Source: Andalucia godoyi And28
Taxonomy: Eukaryota; Protista; Jakobida
Assembly: GCA_009859145.1 (NCBI GenBank)
Contig: VRVR01000023.1
Span: forward strand, 56,814-120,813
Direction of reading: 5' to 3'
DNA length: 64,000 nt
Every line of letters starts with the position of its first letter. Position 1 is the first letter of the stretch. This document shows, piece after piece, positions 49,333 to 60,428 of the stretch. Below the pieces are notes generated by a model. It did no database searches. It was not told where the DNA came from and was given only the letters and a program-made list of their open reading frames with translations. Made by a program: the position numbers and the translations under genes.

Positions 49333-50354
49333 TTGTCTTCGTTCTCAATGATGTTTCTGAGGAATGCACATCTTTTTTTATTTTTACAGTATGATTGGGT
49401 GCGGAGTGCGTACTTGCGCCGGGGGGGTGTATGTATGTGTTGGAGGTGGGGGCGAGTTAACAGCTATCTATTCGTTCAGTGTCGAAAAAGCACGGTGTCT
49501 TGCGTCTGACCATCTTGCGATTTGATTCTTTTATTATTGTTTTATTTATTATTGTTAATGTATTGTACAAATTCATGTCCCCAAGCGCGAAAAGTGTGCA
49601 TGTCCAGAGGTGATGGATCGAGATTGGAATGGGACCCGGAACATTTACTTGAAGAACAGGGTGCACATGTACTTGTGTGTGTTGGGGCCAGCTCTCTTGA
49701 CAACTGGTTCGAAGGATCAATTGTCATGCAACAATGCAATAGATGCAGCGTATACCGCAGGCGTGGGATTGTGTTCCATTCCGAAGTGCTCGGGCGTTTT
49801 TGCTTGCCTTTTGGAGCTAGGCAACATTCGTTCAATGAAATGCTGCCCCGCCGCGTGCTTTGCGGTACGCCGAACACGATCAGATTGTGCCGAAGATCAT
49901 GGCAGCTGCTCCGTACGCCGCGATTGCTAGGAAGCATCGGAATTACTTTGAAAAAGAAGTCGCGAAGTTTTCGACAAGAAAGGAATTCACGCTTTCAGCA
50001 TTGTGGCCATATTTAGCGGCGGGTATTCATATTTCCCGTTTTGGCAATGGCATTCCCAGCCTTCGAAACGTCCTTCCAGGGTTGTATGCGAGCAGATTTT
50101 GAGGCGTCTCCTGCTGCCTGATCCAAAAAGGAGATTTTCCGACTTTGTCACAGCTCAACTGTGCATATCGTGGATGCCACGCCGGCAACGAATCAGAGAG
50201 GGAAGGGGAGGTTTGGGAGGTTTTAAACGTTCACTCTGCAACGTTTTATACGTCCATGGATTCTCCTTCTTCTTCATTATTTCTTCCAAAACAGCAACAA
50301 AAGACATCGAGGAGTAGTAAGCGAGCCGCAGAGGGGTTAAAAATAAAAAAAAAA

Positions 50355-50402
50355 GAAAAAGAAAAAGAAAAAGAAAAAGAAAAAGAAAAAGAAAAAGAAA
50401 AA
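50355..50402. repeat. (GAAAAA)8 hexamer repeat immediately upstream of a Myb gene
   Basis: Eight units directly visible, 12 bp before the ATG at 50415. Confidence 0.95.
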
Positions 50403-50414
50403 TAATACCAAAAG

Positions 50415-51596
50415 ATGACCAAATACGCTCGTTGGACAGCTCGAGAGAACCGTGATTTGCTGGATGCACATGCAGCAAATCCTGGAAAATGGAAAGCTAT
50501 CAGCGAGGCTGTTGGTACACGAGATCCAGAGTCTTGCCGCATGCAGTTTACTCGAAAGATAAATCCGTTACTGAACATGTCGCCGTGGTTGTGGCGAGAG
50601 GTCATGCTGATGATTCTGATATGTAAACAGTATGCAGAGGAAGAAGGTCGCATCCGATTCTCCAAGGTCAAGGTGTACATGAGTGGCAGACCTGACAGCG
50701 AGTGCAAAAAGTACTTTGCATGGGTGAACAATGGTCGACATGCACTGGATTCCATCATGTCCAAGGCAGATCTGTACAACGTCGACATTGAAACTGCGGT
50801 TCGCGAACAGCTGCTGTCGAAATTACCTCATGGCGTGTCCGAAATGTATGTTTCCTCTTCGCGAAAGGATCCTGTGAAGAAACTCATGGCGGCGTTGTTG
50901 TACGTCGGACTCAGCCTCCCGTCGTTGCGAAACTCTCTAGACCTCTTCGTGGATGCCGGATTTGATAGCCGACTGTTTGAGAACCTCAGAATGCCTACAC
51001 TGCTTCCAGCAGCCTCGCTTGTTGCACGGTCGTCTTCCAGTAACGCAAATAACACCCAAGCCCGCAGTGACGGATCGCACCTTTTCCATTTCCTGTCCGT
51101 GAGCTCGTCCTCACGGAAACCTGAGAGTCCTCCCTCGTCAGCTCCTTTTTCTGAGGGATTGCACGCCAGTTCAAATGAAGCCGAACAGATGGTCACTGTT
51201 CCATCTCAGGCTTCTCAAGTGCTACAACCAATCGCTCCACAGTCGCACAACGCTGAATCACGTCGGACAAGCACCACAATCCGACACGCTTCTTTTTCCT
51301 TCTCCACAATTTCCTTGGAGTTGGCAGACGCGCTGCAGGAATCGTATTTTTTAGAGACTGCCGTGACACTGAAAGAAGCAGTGACCTTTGAGAGTCTTCC
51401 CGAGACTTACCGACCGGCATTCCGCAGCCGTTTCCGGAACGTGCAGTTCGGATCCGGGAATTCATCGCTTTCTGTGCTTCTAGAAGACAGGATTCGGCGT
51501 CTGAGCGAGGATCTCATGAGAAGCTCTTTTCTCGGACTGAACGATATAGTCCATGATTTTACGATGCCTGTGTTTCTGGATTTTGAGCCATTTTGA
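50415..51596 (+). CDS. Myb/SANT-domain protein, 393 aa
   Basis: WTARENRDLLDAHAANPGKWKAISEAVGTRDPESCRMQF..INP followed by a second degenerate repeat (W...E..LMILICKQY...FSKV...GRPDSECKKYF). Confidence 0.85.
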   Translation: MTKYARWTARENRDLLDAHAANPGKWKAISEAVGTRDPESCRMQFTRKINPLLNMSPWLWREVMLMILICKQYAEEEGRIRFSKVKVYMSGRPDSECKKYFAWVNNGRHALDSIMSKADLYNVDIETAVREQLLSKLPHGVSEMYVSSSRKDPVKKLMAALLYVGLSLPSLRNSLDLFVDAGFDSRLFENLRMPTLLPAASLVARSSSSNANNTQARSDGSHLFHFLSVSSSSRKPESPPSSAPFSEGLHASSNEAEQMVTVPSQASQVLQPIAPQSHNAESRRTSTTIRHASFSFSTISLELADALQESYFLETAVTLKEAVTFESLPETYRPAFRSRFRNVQFGSGNSSLSVLLEDRIRRLSEDLMRSSFLGLNDIVHDFTMPVFLDFEPF

Positions 51597-51887
51597 ATCT
51601 GGCCTCCCTCTTCTTTTTATCACATCGATGAATCAATGAATGAATTTCGAGATGATGTATTGGATCTTTGACTGATGCATTCCTGTGTTGATTCTAGTTT
51701 TCTGCAGCGAATGCAGCCCCACTTCTGTGGGAAAATGTCGTATTAAACCAGATGCATATTGAACACGAAGTTTCTGTTTTCATCTCCTTTCCCCTTCCTG
51801 CTCCTCGTTCTTGAGATGTAAAATCTGTACATTGGATGAGAATGTTGAAACGGGATCAGTGTGCCCGTCGAACAGAGAGAACAGACA

Positions 51888-52613
51888 CTATAGAGCAGCA
51901 GCACTAGGATCTCGCTTGCTCTTCCACACCGCAACTTGCGCTCCCATTTTTCTATACACAACGAATGCAGCGCCGCCATCCTGTCCAGCGGATTGCGAGA
52001 CAGAGATGATACTCTTGCGACCCATTTTACATTCCAGGTACTCGTTGTTTCCAAACTTCCTAAACTGTTCTTTGACAGAGTCTGCACCAAGAGCATAAAA
52101 GAATTCGGCCATGAAAGAAATCGGAAGCGTGACAACAAGCGGCTTCTGCGGGAACACCATGAATTCTGGTCGCTGCTCATCCCCCATGTCATTCCTGAGG
52201 ACACAGACGAGCCGTGCTGGAAAGGACGTTTCGTTTTCAAAGATCAGGGACAATTTGGCAAGAGAATCAAAATCCTGAGCAGAGGACGAACGACAGAGTT
52301 GCATGATTTCCGAAATTTCGGATTCATTGATCTCACGAGCGCCAATTCCATATGCCTTTTTGCTGCTGCTGTTGGTATCCCGATAAATGCTGTAGTAGGA
52401 ATACTGCCTGCTGCTCTTACTCTGCATCAAACTCCGTTTTGGCATCCCTGGATGATCTTCTGCAATGTCTTCATCCGCAATGGAGTCACTCGGAATTTCG
52501 AGGCTGAGCTTTCTCACGCGGGACGATTCCACTTGTTCGTCCTCAAATCTGTCGACTTCGCCGCTGTTATCATCTTTGTCAATCACAGCAGCTTTCGAAA
52601 ACGTGCACCCCAT
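51888..52613 (-). CDS. Hypothetical protein with dual-acylation N-terminus (MGCTFS), 241 aa
   Basis: Classic MGCxxS myristoylation/palmitoylation motif, acidic/Ser-rich linker, beta-rich C-terminal domain. Confidence 0.8.
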   Translation of the reverse strand: MGCTFSKAAVIDKDDNSGEVDRFEDEQVESSRVRKLSLEIPSDSIADEDIAEDHPGMPKRSLMQSKSSRQYSYYSIYRDTNSSSKKAYGIGAREINESEISEIMQLCRSSSAQDFDSLAKLSLIFENETSFPARLVCVLRNDMGDEQRPEFMVFPQKPLVVTLPISFMAEFFYALGADSVKEQFRKFGNNEYLECKMGRKSIISVSQSAGQDGGAAFVVYRKMGAQVAVWKSKRDPSAAAL

Positions 52614-54209
52614 CTGCGCTGAAGCTCGTTTTAAAAGACGTAGCGGGAGACGCAGACGGAGAAGGAGAATGAAAGAGAACCCTCACTCCTATCAGAAAAA
52701 GAAAACCCTTGGCGAAACAAAAACTCGCTTTGAATGAAGCACGCAAAACCAAGCTGAGAAACATCTGCTCTATTCGCATCAAACGGAAAAAAGCTGCCGT
52801 AATTGCAACAGCCAAATGCCGATGTTCCTGATGCTCGAAATCACACGTGTGGTAAATGCAAAAAATCCAACATTGGCAAGACGCAACCCAAGAGCAAAGT
52901 TCCCATTTTTTTAATTACTTTTTTTTCATATCCGAGAGTGGATCGGAACTCTAAAGGATTTGACACTGCCCCCCTCAAACATATCACCTCTGAAAACCAA
53001 CAAAGGCAACAACAAGATAATAAATGAATTAGAAAGCCCAGTCAAAGACGATGACCACATCAAAGCACCAAACCGTTAACGACTGTCCGAGGAATGCACG
53101 GCAGGAACAAGAGTATCGTGAAAGCGGCAATTTGTGCCACGACACCAAAGGAGAGATAGCATGTGTTCCTCTCACAACAGTTCAATGACTGGAGCGAGAG
53201 GGAGGAAGAGAATGTGATATTTTTTTTACTGTGCTGAAAACTTAAAGGTGAATAAAACTCCATTTACTGCGTCTTTCTGCTCGTTCGCTGGAACCTACCT
53301 GATCTCGCAGGCTCGCAGGCTGCATAGACAGATTGGGGGAAAACAGAAAGAAACATGAAGAGGAACGACTAGTGACCAAAGAAGCACTGCAGCTGCACAA
53401 GAGGTGTGATTCTGGATTGCATAAGGAAGTTTGAGTCGAGTGCGGTAATTTAACAGTATTTCATGTCCTCCCCGGATCTCTCACGGAGACACCAAAAACG
53501 ACGGTGAATCTTTTGCGTCCAGGACGGAACAGTACTGCATGTCCATCAGGAATGGACGACTGGATGGACACGCAAACTCCCCGGAGGTGCATCAGCCGAC
53601 GGAAGGCCAGCAGACGTGAGACACGGAACGCAGGGTTTACCCAGTTTGCCAGCATTGACTGCTCTGACGTATCTTCCGATGGAATCACGACCCATTCCGC
53701 AAAAAGAAATTTTCCAGCGGAAGCCCACACTCTGCTTTGCATGTCAATCAGATGCTCACACGCCCGGCCAATCTACGCTTTTCTTCGTTGCGAATTGCCC
53801 GCAGTGCCTATTCACAAAAGAGAGCAGGGGAAACACCAGCTTTCAACCATCTTTCCCCAACCTCCCCCTGATGCCCCCCTTCCCTGTGCCAAGCCACCTT
53901 TCCCCACGAAAGCATTTTTTTCACTTGTGCAAAGTTTTGGTTTTTTTGCTGACGTCGTCTTATCTCAGCCTAACCCTCTCTGGTGCAAAAAAAAGTCCTC
54001 TTCTCTTGGATTTCGACCCCTGCAGTCTGTTTTCACTCAAGTGCACTGTCTGTTGAAAAGTCGTCCTGTTTGGTGTTGTTGTTTTGTTTCGTTTTGTTTT
54101 GTTTTGTTTTGTTTTTGTTTTTTTGCTTGTTTGTTTGCTTTCACCAGCGCCTCTGGTCTCTTCTTTCTTCGTTGCCGTCCAAGTTTCGGAAACACCGTTC
54201 CCAAGATCG

Positions 54210-55103
54210 ATGCTTCGCTTGGACTTCTCCGATTGGACGTCCGAGTTCACGAGTGATTCTCTCTGTGGATCAGTGAACTCGTGCCCTGCAATATGCGATA
54301 ACTATCCGCATCCTTTCGACGATCCACTCTTATCAGCTGCTTCTGCGACATCTCTCTTTTTTGGCGCATCATCGCTTCCGAATCTTACAGCTTCTTTTCC
54401 GTTTTCTTCTTTTTCCGACAACCATTCGCATTCTCAGTCAAACTCAAACTCTCACTCTCCAAAGAGTTTCGATTCTGGAGACAGTGAGGATTTCAGAGAA
54501 GTGAATGGATGCCTGTTCCCCCTCACAGACCTCGCGTCATCATCCCTTTCAGTCTCTGCTACTTCTGCAAAGGAAACTGCCACTGGAATCACGAGGATGA
54601 TGATGGTCAGACCGGTTAAGCAACAGCAGAACGGGGAACGGCTGCAGACCCAATGCGAAATGCTGGACAGCCCAGTGGTTGGAACGGTGAAACGTCGTTG
54701 CAATCGGAAACGCGAGAGAAACGATTCAATCGTTACTCTCACCTCTGGAACTGACTCCGCAGGTGTTGTTGCCGATGCAATCGTAGAAGACAAGGAAACG
54801 CCATATGGACATGGAAGTAATTCCCCGCCAAGTCACTCAAAATTGTCGAGCAGCACGCCGACGAGTTCAAGTAGGTACGCAAAGAAGAGAAAGTCGTGTG
54901 TGGAGTGCATCCGGATGCATAGAAGATGCAGCATGGAGAAACCGGCTTGTCAAAGATGCGTTCGACGGAAAATTCCTTGTTGTTATGTGCATGCTGAGGA
55001 TGATAGTTCCAATCCAAAGTCCAGTGAAAATCAAAAGCTATGGGCGAGTGCTTCGCTTTCGCAATTGGAGATTGGGACCTTGGATCACCATCCTTGCTGT
55101 TGA
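54210..55103 (+). CDS. Zn(II)2Cys6 transcription factor with C-terminal cluster, 297 aa
   Basis: KKRKSCVECIRMHRRCSMEKPACQRCVRRKIPCCY; first ATG at 54210. Confidence 0.85.
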   Translation: MLRLDFSDWTSEFTSDSLCGSVNSCPAICDNYPHPFDDPLLSAASATSLFFGASSLPNLTASFPFSSFSDNHSHSQSNSNSHSPKSFDSGDSEDFREVNGCLFPLTDLASSSLSVSATSAKETATGITRMMMVRPVKQQQNGERLQTQCEMLDSPVVGTVKRRCNRKRERNDSIVTLTSGTDSAGVVADAIVEDKETPYGHGSNSPPSHSKLSSSTPTSSSRYAKKRKSCVECIRMHRRCSMEKPACQRCVRRKIPCCYVHAEDDSSNPKSSENQKLWASASLSQLEIGTLDHHPCC

Positions 55104-57535
55104 TCTTCCAGAGTTACTGTCTCGGCACGACTGGTGTCTGTCTTTGCGATCCCTTCAGAGTCGCGTTTTCTTGGGTTTTCTTTGTTTTTTACTTCTATTT
55201 TTAACGATGTATTAGAAAATTGCACTTTTATCGATAGTTTGTTGTCCTGCAATTTGCATTTGTCAATCTTTTTTTTTCACAAAGTAAATCTTCCTTTTGT
55301 GGTAGCCCTGAAAACACAAACCAGTCCTGCAGAACGTCTGCCAGTTATTCGTGGAATGATGGGGAAGCAACGACAAACGATATTTGATTTGACAGAGACA
55401 AAACTGTTGAAATCTGGAGACTTTTGTCCCTGGCTTTCAGGTCGAAGAGCCAGAGTGCAATGCTGAAATAGTGCATTTCCTGGCAAGGTGCTGCACAGGA
55501 TGGTATGGCAGCAAAGCCGGCGAGAACTGACTTTCACCACTGTCGATGTTTTGCAGAATCAAACCAAGGTTCACCTGGCCGTCGTCTAATGAAATGCATA
55601 AAAAGAGAATGGTAAGCGTGCTGATAACTGTTAAGCGGAAATGGATAACCCTTTGGACAACTCGCCCGTTGTGATGATTCTTGAGTATACCTTGCAAGCA
55701 TTCGCAAAGCGAGGCGGGCCATCGGGGCAGATATGTGGAACATTTTCCTGGGAGGTTCTGGATTCAGACATCGCTAGAAAAATGATGATCATCTGAGAAA
55801 AAAATTTAAAAGTCGAATATTCTTCAAGTCATTGCAGTGTGGTTTTTCGTAATATCCGGCATCTGTGGTGTGACGGGCGCCAGAAAAATATCAGCCGCAC
55901 TTCGGAAAGGCAGCAATGTCAACTGATGACCGTTGGAAAAAACAGAAGTGCTGCCCGCCATGTCAAAGGTGACAGGGCGAATCCGCAGATCGTATCAACG
56001 TGCATCCCAACGTCTGTCACAACTTGGGGGGGGGGGGGGGGGGGTTTAACAGAGAAGCAAAGGAACTCGGCAGAAGGCTGGAAGATGCTTCCTCGTCGAT
56101 TCAAACCATAGCCACCGGTGTGTTCCACTCGGCAAAAAGGATGGCATTTCACCCGGGAATGCTGAATGAGAACTGCTATGTTGGAAAAGCACGTTTCGCA
56201 TTCCACGGGTAGCTAGCAAACCTTTTGGCGCAGTTGGCATTACAATAAAACGTTCGTCTAATTCCTGCAGTTGTTTGGATTCAACAGCAGCAGCATCTGC
56301 GCCTCCCATTTGATCCTTCTGGTTCTCGTCACTTGACTCTCCCGTATTCATGCGGTACATCTTATCGTTGTTGGAAACCATGAAAATTTATGTTCAGCAT
56401 TTTGTGGATCGTTTTCAGTTCTTTTGGCGGCATTTGACATTTCGGATTATTCGTGTTCCGGTTTAGGTCTTGCATGTTTTTCAGCAGTGGTGCTGACATG
56501 GACACGGATTTGCAAAGTTTGGAATGCACTTTCAGAACGTCACAGACACTTTCCTGCCCGCTGACACCCGTTGCCGATCCGTCGGCTTTGAGCGTCTGTT
56601 TGTCGGAGTTCGTCTGTTATGTGTGCTTTGGGATTGCTGAGCGTTGTGCCGAGGCCGTTATCAAACCGTCAAACAGTGGTATCTCCTCTTTTCGTCAATC
56701 CCACGACCTGATGAGACTGACTAAATTTACCAAAAATCTGAACTTGACAGCTGACTATCGTACTGCTTCGTTAAGCATGCCCACCCACGGAATCCAAAGC
56801 GTTGGTCGACATCCGCTGTCGATACCGGAGATTAGCTTGCTAGTTGATTGGTTGTTGAACGAACCAATCTTGATTAGCCTTGTCAACACGTTTAACTGAC
56901 GCTCTACTGCGAGGACCCCCATCGCCTTGGGACCACCGACGATCCGCTTGAAACGAAGGCTTCACTTTTTTCTGGATGAGAAATTGTCAGCTGATCTTTG
57001 CCTGTTTGTTCTGGTGGTGGTGTTTTGTTTTTTGTTTTTTTTTGTTTGTTGTCGTGGGTTGTCTCCGTCGCTCTTTACCTGTCTTGCAAAGTTCAGTAAT
57101 TGAGCGACAGAGGAACTATTCTAATATATCCAATATCATAAATATCCAGGGATAAGAAAAGATGGTTTGTGTCAGTATGATTTATTGTAGAGAAAAACAA
57201 AACAAAGAAATAGACAAATAAACAAACAACTGCTTTAATATGAAGTTGGAGTACTGTTCCTCTGTAACCTCATACGGCATAAAAGTACATCATTACGTTC
57301 GTCATGATATACGTCACAATGCACGTACGTCACACAATACGTGGCAACGAACACTATGAAATCGTACCTTGCCGGAATGGACCACAGTCCGCGGAGACAC
57401 TGTTGCTCAATAGAAACATTCCACCTGCGAGGGTGTGATCTGACGAACATGCCTTCTTCGGATGGAATCGATGGTTATTTACTTTCTCAACAAAGACTTC
57501 AACTAACAACACACCTTCTACAAACGAGCCGAGAG

Positions 57536-58723
57536 TCATGCGTCAGAAAGAATTGCAATTCCCGGAAGCTTCTTTCCTTCCAACAGCTCCAGTGACGCTC
57601 CGCCGCCTGTGGAGAGATGTGCGACATCGGATTCCGCCCCGTATTTTTGAACGCAGGCACCGGTGTCGCCACCTCCGCAAACGGTGACATGGCCCGCTTT
57701 TGTGGAAGCTCGAACGGCATCAAGAATTGCACGAGAACCTTTCGAAAAGGCTTCCATTTCGAAAACACCCATTGGACCGTTCCAGACGACGGTCTTTGAA
57801 GCAGCAATAACATCTGCAAAGGCCTTGCTTGTTTCCGGTCCAATGTCCAAACCAAGCCAGCTATCGGGAATATCTCCATTGCAGGTTTTGGACTCAGCAT
57901 CTTCAGCAAAACGGTCAGCAATTACGTAATCCGTAGGAAGATGGATTTTGACTCCCTTTGCGTCGGCTTTCTTCATCAAACTCTCAACGGTCGTGGCGCC
58001 TTTCTCATCAAACAAAGATTTTCCAATTTGAATGCCCTTCAGCTGCTTAAGGAAAGTGAAAGCCATTCCGCCTCCAATTAGCAGCGAATCCACGCGATCA
58101 ATCAAGTTTTCCAGCAGTGCAATCTTATCAGCAACCTTTGCACCTCCAACGATTGCCAACAGGGGACGTGCCGGAGTGTCCAGAATGCTGCGAAATGCAT
58201 CAATTTCTTTTGCCATTAGAAGACCAGCAACCCGCACAGGGACCTTCACCCCAACGATTGATGCATGTGCGCGATGAGCGGCTCCAAAGGCATCATTGAC
58301 GTAGATATCACAAAGCGATGTCAGCCGCTCGTTGAACTTGCTGATTTGGTCCGCAGTCTGTTTCTTTCCTTCTTCCTCCGGGTAAAATCGGATGTTTTCA
58401 TACAACACAATTCGAGAAGAAGCGTCATAGTCTTTCCAGATATCATCGACAAACGTGACGTCCTCCCCAAGGGCGTCTTGGACGATCGGCACCAAAGGCT
58501 GGAGCGAGAATTCCAGATCACGCTTTCCTTCCGGACGTCCAAGATGTGACAGAATAATGATATTCTTTGGATTTTTTGACAAGATGTACTTGACAGTCGG
58601 AATGGTAGCACTGATACGAGTGGCATCCGTCACTTTGCCGTCTTTCATGGGGACATTGAAGTCCACGCGAAGAAGAATGCGCTTGCCGGCAAGATCAACG
58701 GAGCGTACACTAAGTTTGTTCAT
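57536..58723 (-). CDS. PGK: Phosphoglycerate kinase, 395 aa
   Basis: RVDFNVP, SHLGRP, ENIRFYPEEE, YVNDAFGAAHRAHAS, GGAKVADK, GLDIGPET, VWNGPMGVFE, GGGDT, STGGGASLELLEGKKLPG. Confidence 0.99.
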   Translation of the reverse strand: MNKLSVRSVDLAGKRILLRVDFNVPMKDGKVTDATRISATIPTVKYILSKNPKNIIILSHLGRPEGKRDLEFSLQPLVPIVQDALGEDVTFVDDIWKDYDASSRIVLYENIRFYPEEEGKKQTADQISKFNERLTSLCDIYVNDAFGAAHRAHASIVGVKVPVRVAGLLMAKEIDAFRSILDTPARPLLAIVGGAKVADKIALLENLIDRVDSLLIGGGMAFTFLKQLKGIQIGKSLFDEKGATTVESLMKKADAKGVKIHLPTDYVIADRFAEDAESKTCNGDIPDSWLGLDIGPETSKAFADVIAASKTVVWNGPMGVFEMEAFSKGSRAILDAVRASTKAGHVTVCGGGDTGACVQKYGAESDVAHLSTGGGASLELLEGKKLPGIAILSDA

Positions 58724-58979
58724 GGTGTTGAAATTCTGTCACAGTAAAATATGAGTTGACCAACCAGAGAAAGGAGGAGAGAGTAAAAGAGAAACACGGA
58801 GAAGAACAACAGCCGGACACGTGCGGCAGCAGCATTTGGTATTTTGGAACGAGTTGCAACTTGAACGAGCTGAAACCTGGGGGAAATCCCTGGTTATCCT
58901 GCAAGTCCGTCTTTTTTTGGAATTGACGTTTTTGTCTTCACTTTTGACAATATGTACAGCAGAAGTCCTCGTTTTACCA

Positions 58980-60074
58980 CTATTTTGTTTGTCTTGCGAA
59001 ATTGATGAAGCCAGAACCGATGCAGCTCAACAGCACAGATCCATCACCAGAATCTTCGGATATTTTGAATCGGATTCCAAATACTTTGTTAATGAGCCGC
59101 AGCCATCGAGCAGCATAAGAGGACACTTTGCTCACTCGGACATTCGAGACATCCTCTGAAGCTAAAGCCATATACAAGAATACCAGCCACTGATGCGATT
59201 CATCACAACAAGACCCACGCTGCAGTTCGTTCAGAAGCCCAAGTCCACACATTTTCCCGCAAAACTCCGGGTCTCGCACCTCTTTCGATTCCGACCCCGA
59301 GCCTTGGGTTTCACAGGAAATCAGAGCACCAGTGGTCGTTTCGGCAACAAGACAAATGCCAAATCCTGGAGACTGTCCCGATTCCGAACCTTTAAAGTGA
59401 TCTGCATACACGTAAACGTTTGGTGAAAATGGAAGAAGGACGCCTTTTGCGGTGTCAATGCACCGAGATCCCAGTTGCGGGGAACATCTTGTTGTCCATG
59501 CAAGACCCCTAATCCTTTTGACCTTCCCAGGATCTGTCCATTGAATCGGGACTGCTTGTTTGATAACAGGACATTTGAACACTACTTCACCTCCTCCATT
59601 TGGCAGACACCCACGTTTCACGATCTTGAGCTCGAGGCCATCTGAAGTTCCAATAAGTCCAGCAAGAGTTCGGAGAGTGACAGTTCGCAGAACGTCGACC
59701 GATAAATCATCGTCTGTGTTTGTATATCCAGTGAGGGTCACCAGCAAAGGGGCCTTTGAAAACGGGGCCAACGCTGCAAGAACTTCGAGAAAATATCCCA
59801 TTCCGCGCTTTGAGGACGCACAATCGTGTTTCACAACACCACCGCTCAACACACCGGGCTTCACTCTCAAAGTAGTACCAGTTGTCGATATTTCTATCCT
59901 GGTTCCGTTAGAAATCTTTTCAACCAACCTCAGCAAAGAAGCCTCATGTTCGTGAATTCCAGGAGATGCCTCGGACGACCGAATTCCGTCGATCCTGAAT
60001 GGTCTTCCGGACAAAACACAACAAACAAGTCTCCCTCGAAAGTCCTTGCTTCCCTCAAACCGCAGAGTACTCAT
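58980..60074 (-). CDS. RCL1: RNA 3'-terminal phosphate cyclase-like protein Rcl1 (18S rRNA processing), 364 aa
   Basis: FEGSKDFRGRLVCCVLSGRP, HEASLLRLVEKISNGT, GYFLEVL..LAPFSK, KRGCLPNGGGEV, SPGFGICLVAETTTG, PEFCG. Confidence 0.95.
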   Translation of the reverse strand: MSTLRFEGSKDFRGRLVCCVLSGRPFRIDGIRSSEASPGIHEHEASLLRLVEKISNGTRIEISTTGTTLRVKPGVLSGGVVKHDCASSKRGMGYFLEVLAALAPFSKAPLLVTLTGYTNTDDDLSVDVLRTVTLRTLAGLIGTSDGLELKIVKRGCLPNGGGEVVFKCPVIKQAVPIQWTDPGKVKRIRGLAWTTRCSPQLGSRCIDTAKGVLLPFSPNVYVYADHFKGSESGQSPGFGICLVAETTTGALISCETQGSGSESKEVRDPEFCGKMCGLGLLNELQRGSCCDESHQWLVFLYMALASEDVSNVRVSKVSSYAARWLRLINKVFGIRFKISEDSGDGSVLLSCIGSGFINFARQTK

Positions 60075-60428
60075 TCCAGAATTCGATCGGTTTCTACAGC
60101 GTTTCTGCAATTGATTATCACAACCAGAAACAAAGACACTTTAAATCGAGACTTCGAAACTGATTTTCGTGAATGCTCAGTTTTTTACGTGGAAAATTTT
60201 TATCGACGCGTGTGTGTGCACGCATAATCACTGCATTGGTGTATGGGGCCCCTATGCGCGACGAGTTGATGCTACCAGAGTGACTTTGTGATGCTACCCA
60301 CTGCCACCTTGTCCTGCTTGGCGATGTCGGGATGGGCCAGACTGCAGATCACATTATTTTGAGTGGAGACGTTCTTTCCCTTCATGTCAGAATGCCGTCG
60401 ACGTCATTGAGGTTTGTCGCTTTGTTCA

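Noticed and set aside
53504-54256. 250-codon GTG-started ORF upstream of the second Zn2Cys6 gene
   Set aside because: Runs through T-rich microsatellite sequence with no motif. A U-tract/CAG at 54147 hints at a 5' intron, but no convincing donor was found.
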